From Squalus acanthias (lineage: Eukaryota): DNA of 64,000 bases. The stretch is taken from the NCBI GenBank assembly GCA_030390025.1, contig CM059431.1, positions 96,164,001 to 96,228,000 of the forward strand, in the 5' to 3' direction. The translations under genes were made by a program, and so were the position numbers. Below the pieces are notes generated by a model that worked only from the letters and a program-made list of their open reading frames with translations, did not search any database and was not told the DNA's origin. This document shows, piece after piece, positions 51,580-64,000 of the stretch; position 1 is the stretch's first letter, and the number at the start of each line of letters is the position of its first letter.

Positions 51580-51960
51580 ATTCATTCTCAGGATGTGGGT
51601 GTCACTGGCAAGGCTGGCATTTATTGCCTATCCCTAGTTGTCCTGAGTAGGGGGTGGTACAACCGAATGGCTTACTACCCCACTTCAGAGGGCAGTTAAG
51701 ATTCAACTACTTTGGTATGGGACTAGAGTCACATATAAGACAGACCAAGGACGGCAGGTTTCCTTCGCTAAAGGACATTGATGAACCAGTTGGATTTTAC
51801 TAAAATCAACAGCTTTTCATGGGTCAATTTTACTGATACCAACTTTTTATTTCCAACTTTTTTTTTAAAAACCGAAATAAAAACTCAAACTGCCATGGCA
51901 GGATTCGAACTCATATTCTCTTGATTACTTGTATAGTAACATAACCACTCCACTACCATA
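51580..51960 (-). mobile_element. tRNA-derived SINE with a LINE-derived 3' tail
   Basis: A-box-like TGGAGTGG and B-box GTTCGAATCC on the minus strand; tail matches the LINE 3' end at 61400-61455. Confidence 0.8.
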
Positions 51961-52375
51961 ACCAGTGCAAATAGCACAGCCCCAAACTTATACACACCGT
52001 GATCCGGGCACTGGATCATGCCCTCCAGTGTTGAATCTGGCAGAGTTTGGATTGTCAGTGGGAGGGCACCTCATCTACAGGGGGCCAACGGGCCACTACA
52101 GGGCACATCCCAGCTGCCTGTGCAGCCCATGCTGTTATAAATTTTGGCAGCCACTATCTATCCGGAGAGGGCATTGTTCCAGGTCCTCGCCACACCTCAG
52201 TTACTGCTCCTTCGGCCCTCTGTGTAAGGTTGCTGATACAAAAACTTTTTGTAAAGAAAATTTGGCTCCCTTGGCCTCGACCCTCAGCCCTGTTGGAGCC
52301 CACGTGTGCTCTTATAGAGTTCGGTACATCTGGGTCAGAGTACCAGCCTCTAGAAATAGGTCAGGACCCTTACAT

Positions 52376-52815
52376 GTGTCAGCTGTAGCTCAGTTGGTAG
52401 CACACTCGTTTCTGAGTCAGAAGGTTGTGGGTTCAAGTCCCACTCCAAGGACCTGCGCACATAAAGCAAGGCTGACACTCCATTCCAGTGCAGTGCTGAG
52501 GGAGTGCTGCACTATCGGAGGTGCCGTCTTTTGGATGAGACGTTAAACCGAGGCCCCGTCTGCTCTCTCAGGTGGACGTAAAAGACCCCATGGCACTATT
52601 TCGAAGAAGAGCAGGGGAGTTGTCCCTGGTGTCTTGGCCAATATTTATCCCTCAATCAACATAACAAAAGCAGATTATCTGGTCATTATCACATTGCTGT
52701 TTGTGGGAGCTTGCTGTGCGCAAATTGGCTGCCGCGTTTCCCACATTACAACAGTGACTCCACTTCAAAAGTACTTCATTGGCTGTAAAGCGCTTTGAGA
52801 CATCCGGTGGTTGTG
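52376..52815 (+). mobile_element. Near full-length Deu-domain tRNA-SINE (SacSINE1/AmnSINE-related)
   Basis: tRNA head tagctcagttgg...ggttcaagtccc; central ggatgagacgttaaaccgaggccc...ccatggcactattt segment; L2-like tail start gtaaagcgcttt. Confidence 0.85.
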
Positions 52816-53071
52816 AGTCTTTCCATTTTTTTTACGGGCCAGAGAAGCAGAAACTCCCATTGCAGGGAATCCCCGTCCCGAGCCCCACTTCAATCTGACA
52901 TGGCTCTCCCTGTAGGGATAGACAGCGGCTCCGCCTCTTTGGTGTGCTTGATAACAGCATTGCATCAACATAAAAAAAATGTTAATCCAGGAACCTTGAA
53001 AATGCTAGATATAACCAATTCATGAATATTTAGAATTTTTAAGATAGAAGAAATGGTATTCCTATGGCCCC

Positions 53072-53372
53072 TTTCACAACCTCAGGACACCCCAAAGCGA
53101 TTTACAGCCAATGAAGTACTTTTGAAGTGTAGTCACTGTTGTAATGCAGGAACCAGGGCAGCAAATTTGCACACGGCAAGGTCCCAGAAACAGCAATGTG
53201 ATAAATGACCGGTTAATCTGTTTTTTTTTTAAAAAGATGTTGGTTGAGGGAAAATATTGGCCAGGACACAGTGAAAACTCCCCTGTTCTACTTCAAAATA
53301 GTGCCATGGGATCGTTTACGTCCACTTGAGAGGGCAGACAGGGCCTCAGTTTAATGCCTCATCCGAAAGACA
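53072..53372 (-). mobile_element. Deu-domain SINE 3' part
   Basis: Reverse complement of 52530-52815. Confidence 0.82.
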
Positions 53373-55338
53373 GGAACAGGAGTAGGCCATTCTGCCCCTC
53401 GAGTCTGTACCGCCATTCAGTTAGATTATGGCTGATCTGTATCTTAACTCCAACTACCCGCCTTGGTTCCATCACCCTTAATTCCCATGCCTGGTAAAAA
53501 TCTATCGATCTGAGTTTTGAAATGTTCAATTGACCTAGCCTCAACAGCTTTTTGGGGGAGAGTGTTCCAGATTTCCACTATGCTTTGTGTCAAGAAGTGC
53601 TACCTGACATCACCCTTGAATTGCCTAGCTCTATTTTTAATGATATGCCCCTTATTCTGGATTCCCCCACCAGAGGAAATAGTTTCTCTATCTATCATAT
53701 CAAATCCTTTAATCATCTTAAATACCTCAATTAGATCATACCTTAGTCTTCTATATTCAAGGGAATACAAGCCTAGTCTATGCAACCTGTCATCATAATT
53801 TAACCCTGTTAGCCTCGGTATCATTGTGGTGAATCTGCGCTGCACCCAGCCAAGGCCAATATATACTTCCTGAGGTATGGTAGTCAGACTGAACATAGTA
53901 CTCTAAATGGGGTCTAACCAGACATCTATACAACTGTAACATAACTTCAACCCCTTTGTATTCCAGCCTCTTGAGATACAGGCCAAAATTCCATTAGCCT
54001 TTAAAATTATTTTTTGTACCTGTCCACTAGCTTTTAGTGATTTCTGTACATTGTCCTCTAAATCTCTCTGCTCCTCCACAGTTCCTAGCTTCTCACCATT
54101 TAGGAAATATTCTGATCTATCTTTCTGCTCCCATCTACACTATTTACCGTGCCAGCTAAATTAGTGTCGTCAGCAAACTTGGATATATGGCTCTCTATTC
54201 CTTCATTTATAAATATCGTGAAAAGTTGAGGCCTGAGTACAGATCCCTGGGGGACCCCACTAGTCACATCCTGCCAAATTTGAGTGCATATCCAGTATCG
54301 TACTCTCTGTCTCCTACCTCCAAGCCAATTCCCTAACCATGTCAGCAGGTTACCTCCAATTCAATAAGTTCTCATTTTTGTTAATAGTCTGTGTGAAACA
54401 TTATCGAATGCATTCTGGAAGTCCATACAAATAATATCCATAGATACACTCTTATCCACCACGTTAGTTACCACCTCAAAAAATCCAACTAGGTTTGTGA
54501 TACATGAATAACCCTTCACAAAAAGAGTAGATCATGTCTCGAGCATCTACAATTTCCTCACCTACTTATTTTAATACCCTGGGGTAGAAACCATCAGGTC
54601 CTGGAGATTTATCTATCTTTAGTCTCCTTATTTTCTCCATTACCATTTTTGTTACTTATATTAAATCTAGTAAGTTCTTCCACTTAATTTATTTTTTACT
54701 TTTCCTCATGTCTCTGGTATTTTATCCTCATTCTAGACTGTGACGACCGATACCAAGTAAATACATAGCACGTCTGCCATTTCCTGATTGTCAATTATTA
54801 TATCACATGCGATTGACCTTAAGGGGCTCACATTAATCTCAGCCACTCTCTTTCTCTTAATCTACCTGTAAAAACCTATGCGCCTTAGGACATTTTAATA
54901 CGTTAAAGGTGCTATATAAATGCAAGTTGTTGTTGTTGATATCCCCCATGTTTTTTCTCATATACCCTTTCTGCAGTTCTACTTTCTTTGTATCCCTTTG
55001 CTGTGCTTTCCATCTTTCCTAGTCCATGGATCTCCATTGTTCTTTTCATTTGTATGAGCTCTTTCCTTTAGTTTTATACTACCTCTCACTTTTTTTGTTG
55101 ACCAGGGTAGTTTAATTGCACAAGTAGGGCTCTTGCCCTTTAGGGGTCTTGTATTGAACCAAATACTTTTTTCAATATCCCCCAATGTTCATCTGTATTT
55201 TTAACTATCCCTTCAAAGTCAGCCTTACCTAAATTTAAAACCTCGACTCACCCTTTTCCTTCTAAAACCTAATATCGAATTCAGTCATGTTATGATCACT
55301 GTTAGCTAGGTTTTCCCTTACCGCTTCCAGTTCTCGTA
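53373..55338 (-). mobile_element. Rearranged CR1 copy with antisense L2-type tail
   Basis: Homologous to 28528-30598, including the same embedded tail. Confidence 0.88.
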
Positions 55339-55960
55339 AATTTTTGCAATCGGAAAACAAAATTACGGGTGTAGGCAACTTTGCTGTACAAGTTCATTAG
55401 CCTTCCAATCACAAGGCACCTGCAATAATGATGCATTATATCTTCTCAAGCAGCTAACGATCCATGTAACGAGTATAATTGGCAAGGCTGTTGCCAGCTG
55501 GCTACTCCTCAGCATGGAACACTGGGGCCTCTTGAGTTCCTAACTGATGCAAAATTCTTCAAATAAGATGTGAGAGTGAAACTGACACAATCATTTCATC
55601 AATCTTCCCTGGGGCATATTGAAATGCATTCCCCTCTTTTCCCCCCACCCACTGACTGATCTAAGCACCTCAAATACTGCCCAGGTACTTCACTTTCTGC
55701 TGGGTCTTGTGCAAATGTGCCAGCACCTGTGCTGCGTCATCCATCCTTCCTTCTCCAGAGAGCTGTGTCACATTTTGATATCGATGACGCCCAAGAAACA
55801 AGTACTGGTGAGGTCACATACCATTGGTGGAATAATGATCCAATAATATTTGCATTTAGGTAGCCATATGATATGTACAGTCAGTGATGCCCAGTGCCTT
55901 GGCAAAGCCACTCATTTGGAAAAGCATTAACTGCCATTACAGCTGCTGATTGATGCCAAA

Positions 55961-57217
55961 TAAGAACATAAGAAATAGGAGCAGGAGTAGGTCATTTGGC
56001 CCTTCGAGCCTGCTCTGCCATTCAATAAGAACATGGCTGATCGTCTACTTCATCTCCACTTGCCTGCACTATCTCCATATCCTTTGATTCCCTTAATATT
56101 CAAAAATCTATCGATCTCTGTCTTGAATATATTCAATGACTGAGCCTCCACAGCCCTCTGGGGTAGAGAATTCCAAAGATTCACCACCCACTGAATGAAG
56201 AAATTTCTCCTCATCTCAGTTCTAAATGGTCGACCCCTTATTCTGAGACTGTGACCCCTGGTTCTAGACTCCCCAACCAGGGGAAACATCCTCCCTGCAG
56301 CTACCCTGTCAAGCCCTGTAAGAATTTTGTATGTTTCAATGAGATCACCTCGCATTCTTCTAAACTCTAGAGAATACAGGTCTAGTCTACTCAATCTCTC
56401 CTCATAGGACAATCCCCCCATCCCAGGAACCAGTCTGGTGAACCTTTGTTGCAATTCCTCTATGGCAAGTATATCCTTCCTTAGGTAAAGAGACCAAAAC
56501 TGTACACAGTACTCCAGGTGTGGTCTCACCAGGGCCCTATAAAATTGCAGTAAGACGTCTTTACTCTTATACTCAAATCCTCTTGTAATAAAGACCAACA
56601 TACCATTTGCTTTTCTAATTGCTTGCTGTACCTGCATGTTAACTTTCAGTGATTCGTGTACAAGGACACCCAGGTCCCTCTGATCACCAACATTTCCCAA
56701 TCTCTCACCATTTAAAAAATACTCTGCTGTTCTATTTTCCTACCAAAGTGGATAACTTCATATTTTTCCACATTATATTCCATTTGCCATGTTCTTGCCC
56801 ATTCACTTAGCCTGTCTATATCCCCATGAAGCCTCCTTGCATCCTCCTCACAACTTACATTCCCACCCAGCTTTGTATCATCAGCAAACTTGGATATATT
56901 ACATTTGGTCCCGTCATTCAAATCATCCAAATCATCCACTAGTTACAGCCTGCCAACCCGAAAGTGACTCGTTTATTCCTACTCTCTGTTTTCTGTCTGT
57001 TAACCAATCCTCAATCCATGCTAGTATATTACCCCCAATCCCAAGAGCCCTAATTTTGTTTAATAACCTCTTGTGTGGCACCTTATCGAATGCCTTCTGA
57101 AAATCCAAATACACCACATCCACTGGTTCCCCCTTATCTATTCTGCTAGTTACAATGCCAAAAAACTCTAACAGATTTGTCAAACATGATTTCCCTTTCA
57201 TAAATCCGTGTTGACTC
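55961..57217 (-). mobile_element. 5'-truncated CR1 LINE
   Basis: ORFs 56050-57217 with RT motifs. Confidence 0.95.
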
Positions 57218-57265
57218 TTACCAAAATGGTATAGAGGTAAATGCATTATGAAACAGGGCTTCTTT

Positions 57266-60200
57266 AAGAACATAAGAACATAAGAAATAGGAGCAGGAGT
57301 AGGCCATTTGGTCCCTCGAGCCTGCTCTGCCAATAAATAAGATCATGGCTGATCCGATCTTGGCCTCAACTCCAATTTCCTGCCCACTCCCCATAATCCT
57401 TGATTCCCCTGAAGTTCAAATATCTGTCTATCTCTGCCTTGAATATATTCAATGACTCCGCCTCCACAGCTCTCTGGGGTAGAGAATTCCAAGTATTCAC
57501 GACCCTCTGAGAGAAGAAATCCCTCCTCATCTCCGTTTTAAATGGGCGACCCCTTATTCTGAAATTATGCCCCCTAGTTCTAGATAACCCCACGAGGGGA
57601 AACATCCTCCCTGCATCTACCCTGTCAAGCCCCCTCAGAATCTTATATGTTTCAATAAGATCACCTCTCATTCTTCTAAACTCCAATGAGTATAGGCCCA
57701 ACCTGCTCAACCTTTCCTCATAAGACAACCCCTTCATCCCAGGAATCAACCTCGTGAACGTTCTCTGAACTGCCTCCAATGCAAATATATCCTTCCTTAA
57801 ATAAGGAGACCAAAACTGCACGCAGTACTCCAGATGTGGTCTCACCAGCACCCTGTACAGTTGCAGCAAGACTTCCCTACTTTTATACTCCATCCCCCCT
57901 GCAATAAGGGCCAACATTCCATTTGCTTTCTTAATTACTTGCTGTACCTGCATGCTAACATTTTGTGTTTCATGTACAAAGACCCCCAGATCCCTCTGTA
58001 CCGCAGCATTATGTAGTCTCACTCCATTTAAATAATAATTTGCTTTTTCATTCTTCCTTCCAAAGTGGATAACCTCACATTTTCCCACATTATACTCCAT
58101 CTGCCATATTTTTGCCCACTCACTTAACTTATCTATATCCCTTTTCAAACTCTGTGTGTCCTCCTCACAACTTGCTTTCCCACCTATCTTTGTATCATCA
58201 GCAAATTTGGCTACAGTACACTCGGTCCCTTCATCCAAGTCATTAATATAGATTGTAAATAGTTGAGGCCCCAGCACTGATCCCTGTGGCACGCCACTAG
58301 TTACAGTTTGCCAACCTGAAAATGACCCATTTATCCCGACTCTCTGTTAGTTAGCCAATCCTCTATCCATGCTAATATATTACCTCCAACCCCGTGAGCT
58401 CTTATCTTGTGCAGTAACCTTTTATGTGGCACCTTATCGAATGCCTTCTGGAAATCCAAATACACTACATCTACTGGTTCCCCTTTATCCACCCTGCTCA
58501 TTACATCTCAAAGAACTCTAGTAAATTTGTCAAACACGATTTCCCTTTCATAAAACCATGTTGACTCTATTTGATTGTAGTATGATTTTTTAAATGTCCT
58601 GCTATTACTTCTTTAATAATGGATTCCAGCATTTTCCCAATGACAGATGTTAGGCTAACTGGCCTATAGTATCCTACTTTCTGTCTCCCTCCTTTCTTGA
58701 ATAGGGGTGTTACATTTGCGGTTTTCCAATCCGCTGGGACCTCTCCAGAATCCAGGGAATTTTGGTAGATTACAACCAACAGATCCACTATCTCTGCAGC
58801 CACTTCTTTTAATACCCTAGGATGCAGGCCATCAGGTCTAGGGGATTGTCGGCCTTTAGTCCCATTAGTTTGCTGAGTACTTTTTCTCTCGTGATAGTCA
58901 TTGTTTTAAAGTTCCTCCCTCCCTATAGCCCCTTGATTATCTATTATTATTGGGATGCTTTTAGTGTCTTCTACCGTAAAGACCGATACAAAATATTTGT
59001 TCAAAGTCTCTGCCATTTCCCTGTTTCCCATTATTAATTCCCTCGTCTCATTCTCTAAGAGACCAACATTTACTTTAGCTACTCTCTTCCTTTTTATATA
59101 CCTGTAGAAGCTCTTACTGTCTGTTTTTATATTTTTTACTAGTTTACTCTCATAATCTATCTTCTCCCTCTTTGTTATTTTTTTGGTCATCCTTTGCTGG
59201 TTTCTAAAAATTTCCCAATCCTCTGGCCTACCACTAATCTTCATAACATTGTATGCCTTTTCTTTCAATTTGATACCATCCTTAACTTCCTTAGTTAGCC
59301 ACGGATGGTTCATCCTTCTCGTAGAGTCTTTCTCACTAACCTTTGCTGAGAGTTATGAAATATCTCCTTAAATGTCTGCCATTGCTTATCTACCGTCTTA
59401 CCCTTTAATCTATTTTCCCAGTCCACTTTAGCCAACTCTGTCTTCATACCTTTGTAATTGCCTTTATTTAAGTTTAGGACACTAGTTTCAGACCCAAGTT
59501 CTTACCCTCAAACTGAATTTGAAATTCTATCATGCTATTATCACTCTTCTCCTTTACAATGAGATCATTAATTAATCCGGTCTTATTACACATTACACAT
59601 TACCAGATCTAAAATAGCCTGCTCCCTGGTTGGTTCCACAATGTATTGTTCGAAGAAACTATCCCGAATACATTCTATGAACTCGTCCTCAAGGCTACCC
59701 TTGCCAATTTGATTTGTCCAACCTATATGAAGATTAAATCGGCCATGATTATTGCAGTACCTTTCTTACAAGCCCCCATTATTTCTCGATTCATACTCTG
59801 TCCTACAGTATAGCTACTGTTCGGGGGTCTATAGACTACTCCCACCAGTGACTTCTTTCCCTTACTATTTCTTATCTCCACCCAAACTGATTCTACATCT
59901 TGAACTTCTGAGCCAATATCATTTCTCACCACTGCACTGATCTCATCCTTTATTAACAGAGCTACCCCACCTCCTTTTCCTATCTGCCTATCCTTCTGAA
60001 ATGTCAAATACCCCTGAATATTCAGTTCCCAGCATTGGTCACCTTGCAACCACTTCTCTGTAATGGCTATCAGATCATGCCCATTTATTTCTATTTGTGC
60101 CGTCAACTCATCTATCTTGTTACGAATGCTGCGTGCATTCAGATAAAGCACCTTTAATTTTGTCTTTTTACCATTTTTCTCTACTCTGACTCTATTTGCT

Positions 60201-60550
60201 GTTGCACTCTTAAGTTTGTACGCTCTGTCTCTTCCTGTCACACTCTGGTTATCATTACTCCTATCGCTACTCTGTACTATTGCCTTCTCCTTTCTCTTTG
60301 ACTTTCTAAATTCCACTTCACCTGAACCCTCCCCCCCACTTTTTAGTTTAAAGCCCTATCTACAGCTCTAGGTATTCGATTCGCCAGGACACTGGTCCTA
60401 GCATGGTTCAAGTCAAGCCCGTCCCAACGGAACAGCTACCTCCTTCCCCAGTACTGGTGCCAGTGCCCCATGAATTGAAACCCATCGAAACCAATCTTTG
60501 AGCCACACATTCCACTCTCTGATCTTATTGACCCTATGCCAATTTGCTCA
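57266..60550 (-). mobile_element. Long CR1 LINE: end of ORF1 (esterase-like) plus complete but disabled ORF2
   Basis: FQFMGHWHQYW..WDGL.LN..VLANRI remnants at 60345-60550; ORF2 from YLNARSI to GNWS. Confidence 0.93.
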
Positions 60551-60721
60551 CATTGAATAATTGCAGCACAAGAGAATAACTAAGGAAAGAGTAGGGGCTA
60601 TTTGAGACTAAAAAGGTAACCTATGTGTGGAGGCGGAAGACGTGGGTATGGTTCTTAATGAATACTTTGTGTCTGTCTTCACAGAAGAGAGGGTCGATGT
60701 GGACATTGTAATTAAGGAGCA

Positions 60722-61471
60722 ATGACTATCTCCAACAAGCGAGAGTCTAACCACCTCCCCTTGATATTCAACAACATTACCATCACTGAATCCCTCACCA
60801 TCAACATCCTGGGGGTCACCATTGACCAGAAACTTAACTGGACCAGCCACATAAATACTGTGGCAACAAGAGCAGGCTAGGTATTCTGTGGCGAGTGTCT
60901 CACCTCCTGACTCCCCAAAGCCTTTCCACCATCTACAAGGCACAAGTAAGGAGTGTGATGGAATACTCTCCACTTGCCTGGATGAGTGCAGCTCCAAGAA
61001 CACTCAAGAAGCTCGACACCATCCAGGACAAAGCAGCCCGCTTGATTGGCACCCATCCACCACCTTAAACATTCACTCCTTCCACCACCGGCGCACCGTG
61101 GCTGCAGTGTGTACCATCTACAAGATGCACTGCAGCAACTCGCCAAGGCTTCTTCGGCAGCACCTCCAAACCTGCGACCTCTTCCACCTAGAAGGACAAG
61201 GGCAGCAGGCGCATGGGAACACCACCACCTCCAAGTTCCCCTCCAAGTCACACACCATCCTGACTTAGAAGTATATCGCCGATCCTTCATCGTCGCTGGG
61301 TCAAAATCCTGGAACTCCCTCCCTAACCGCACTGTGGGAGTACCTTCACCACACGGACTGCAGCAGTTCAAGAAGGCGGCTCACCAACACCTTCTCAAGG
61401 GCAATTAGGGATGGGCAATAAATGCTGGCCTTCCCAGCGATGCCCACATCCCTTAAACAAATAAAAACAAA
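60722..61471 (+). mobile_element. 3' end of a distinct CR1-superclade LINE family
   Basis: ILGVTIDQKLNWTSHI and IYKAQVRSVMEYS remnants; A-rich tail; gagca duplicated at 60717-60721 / 61472-61476. Confidence 0.85.
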
Positions 61472-62357
61472 GAGCAGGGGCGTGAAATATTAGATGGAAT
61501 AAACATAGAGAGGAAATATTAAGAGGTTTAGCATCTTTGAAAGTAGATAAATCCCCAGGCCTGGATGAAATGTATCCCATGCTGTTAAGAGAGGTAAGGG
61601 AGGAAATAGCAGAGGCTCTGACCATCATTTTCCAATCCTCTCTGGCTACAGGTGTGGTGCCAGAGGACTGGAGGACTGCTAATGTTGTGCTACTGTTTAA
61701 AAAGGGGGAAACGGATTAGACCGAGTAATTCCAGGCCAGTCAGGCTAACCTCGGTGATGGGAAAATTATTGGAAAAAATTCTGAGGCACAGTATAAATCA
61801 TCATTTAGAAAGTCACGGATTAATCAAGGACAGTCAGCATGGATTTGTTAAGGGAAGGTTGCGTCTGACTCATTGATTGAATTTTTTGAGGAGGTAACGA
61901 GGAGAGTCAATGAGCGTAGCGCATTTGATGTAGTCTACATGGATTTTTAGCAAGGCCTTTTGACAAGGTCCAACATGGCAGGTTGGTCAAAAAAGTAAAA
62001 GCCCATGGGATCCAAGAGAAAATGGCAAATTGGATCCAAAATTGGTTCAGTGGCAGGAAGCAAAGGGTAATGGTCGATGGATGTTTTTGTGACTGGAAGA
62101 TGTTTTGAGTGGGGTTCCACAGGGCTCAGTACTAGGTCACTTGCTTTTTGTGGTATATATCAATGATTTAGACTTCAATGTAGGGGGCATGATTAAGAAG
62201 TTTGCAGATGACACAAAAATTGACCATGTGGTTGATAGTGAGGAAGATCGCTGTAAACTGCAGGAAGATATCAATGAACTGATCAGGTGGGCAGAAAAGT
62301 GCCAAATGGAATTCAAGTGTGAGGTAAAGCATTTGGGGAGGGCTAACAAGACAAGGG

Positions 62358-63868
62358 CATCTTGTCATCTTCCAAAATTCGATAGATTATGGAACAGTTC
62401 CTGCAGATTGGAGGGTGGCAAATGTAACCCCACTATTTAAAAAATGAGGGAGAGAGAAAACAGGGAACTACAGACCGGTTAGCCTAACATCAGTAGTGGG
62501 GAAAAAGCTAGAGTCTATTATAAAGGATGTGATAACAGGACACTTAGAAAATATCAACGGGATTAGACAAAGTCAACATGGATTTATGAAAGGGAAATCG
62601 TGTTTGACAAACCTACTGGAGTTTTTTGAGGATGTAACTGGTAGAATAGATAAGGGAGAACCAGTGGATGTGGTGTATTTGGATTTTCAGAAGGCCTTTG
62701 ATAAAGTCCCACATAAGAGGTTAGTGTGCAAAATTAAAGCACATGGGATTGGGGGTAATATACTGGCATGGATTGAAAATTGGTTAACAGACAGGAAACA
62801 GAGAGTAGGAATAAATGGGTCTTTTTCGGGGTGGCAGGCGCTGACTAATGGGGTACCGCAGGGATCAGTGCTTGGGCCCCAGCTATTCACAATATATATC
62901 AATGATTTGGATGAGGGAACCAAATGTACTATTTCCAAGTTTGCTGATGACACAAAACTAGGTGGGATTGTGAGTTGTGAGGAGGATGCAAAGAGGCTTC
63001 AAGGCGATTTAGACAAGTTGAGTGAGTGGGCAAATACATGGCAGATGCAGTATAACGTGGATAAATGTGAAGTTATCCACTTCGGTAGGAAAAACAGAAA
63101 GGCAGAGTATTAATTAAATGGTGATAGATTGGCAAATGTTGATGTACAAAGGGACCTGGGTGTCCTTGTACACCAGTCACTGAAAGCAAACATGCAGGTG
63201 CAGCAAGCAGTTAGGAAGGCAAATGGTATGTTGGCCTTCATTGCAAGAGGATTTGAGCACAGGAGCAAGGATGTCTTACTACAGTTGTACAGGGCCTTGG
63301 TGAGACCACACCTGGAGTACTGTGTGCAATTTTGGTCTCCTTACCGAAGAAAGGATATACTTGCCATAGAGGGAGTGCAGCGAAGGTTCACCAGACTGAT
63401 TCCTGGGATGGCAGGACTGTCGTATGAGGAGAGATTGGGTCGACTAGGCCTGTATTCACTAGAGTTTAGAAGAATGAGAGGGGATCTCATTGAAACGTAT
63501 AAAATTCTGATAGGGCTAGACAGACTGGATGCAGGGAGGATGTTTCCCCTGGCTGGGGGGTCTAGAATGAGGGGGTCAAAGTCTCAGGATACAGGGTAGG
63601 ACATTTAGGACTGAGATGAGGAGAAATTTCTTCACTCAGAGGGTGGTGAACCTGTGGAATTCTCTACCACAGAAGGCTGTGGAGGCCAAGTCACTGAATA
63701 TATTTAAGAAGGAGATTGATAGATTTCTAGACACAAAAGGCATCAAGGGGTATGAGGAGAGAGCAGGAAATGGTATTGAGATGGAGGATTAGCCATGATC
63801 ATATTGAATGGCGGAGCAGGCTTGAAGGGCCGAATGGCCTACTCCAGCTCCTATTTTTCTATGTTTTC
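62358..63868 (+). mobile_element. 5'-truncated CR1 LINE
   Basis: ORFs 62496-63599 with RT motifs and a CR1 3'UTR. Confidence 0.95.
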
Positions 63869-64000
63869 TACACGGAATAAATGGTAGGATACTGCGAAAT
63901 GTAGAAGAACAGAGGGACATTGGAGTGCATGTCCACAGATCCCTGAAGGTTGCAGGACAGGTAGATAAGGTGGTTAAGAAGGCATACGGGATACTTTCCT

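Larger units (their letters stand above)
60562..64000 (+). mobile_element. CR1 LINE split by two younger LINEs, resuming at ~63870
   Basis: EAEDVG..., QHGF and FADD motifs; HLGRANK at 62340 continues as NGRIL.NVEEQRD after 63875. Confidence 0.88.

Noticed and set aside
52378..52450. tRNA gene
   Set aside because: The tRNA-like head runs directly into a SINE body found several times in the window.
51965..52546. 193-aa ORF
   Set aside because: It runs into a SINE, has no recognisable motif and lacks convincing splice signals.

Overview
Eukaryotic genomic DNA, most likely from a cartilaginous fish (shark-like); this is inferred from the repeat families, not from a gene. The large majority of the window is transposon-derived. 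It holds many decayed and often nested CR1 LINEs, RTE(BovB-like) LINEs, an L2, a Tx1/L1-clade 3' end, Penelope-like elements, tRNA-derived SINEs (Deu-domain type plus a second type), several non-autonomous DNA transposons with TIRs and 3-bp TSDs (PIF/Harbinger-like), one Tigger/pogo-like MITE and two C-rich minisatellites. Nearly all ORFs in the track are LINE/Penelope fragments, their antisense shadows, or repeat artefacts. The most notable observations are: (1) minimal type-I hammerhead ribozyme motifs in two different Penelope-type termini, one inside a 162-bp element with a 14-bp TSD; (2) a four-level CR1>RTE>MITE>mini-retroelement nest; (3) a MITE group with long internal hairpins, one presenting a consensus splice donor on both strands; (4) a chain of phase-compatible candidate minus-strand exons of an unrecognised gene in the unique islands, with a possible CpG-rich promoter near 36.5 kb. 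No host gene could be named. Element boundaries without a stated TSD are approximate.
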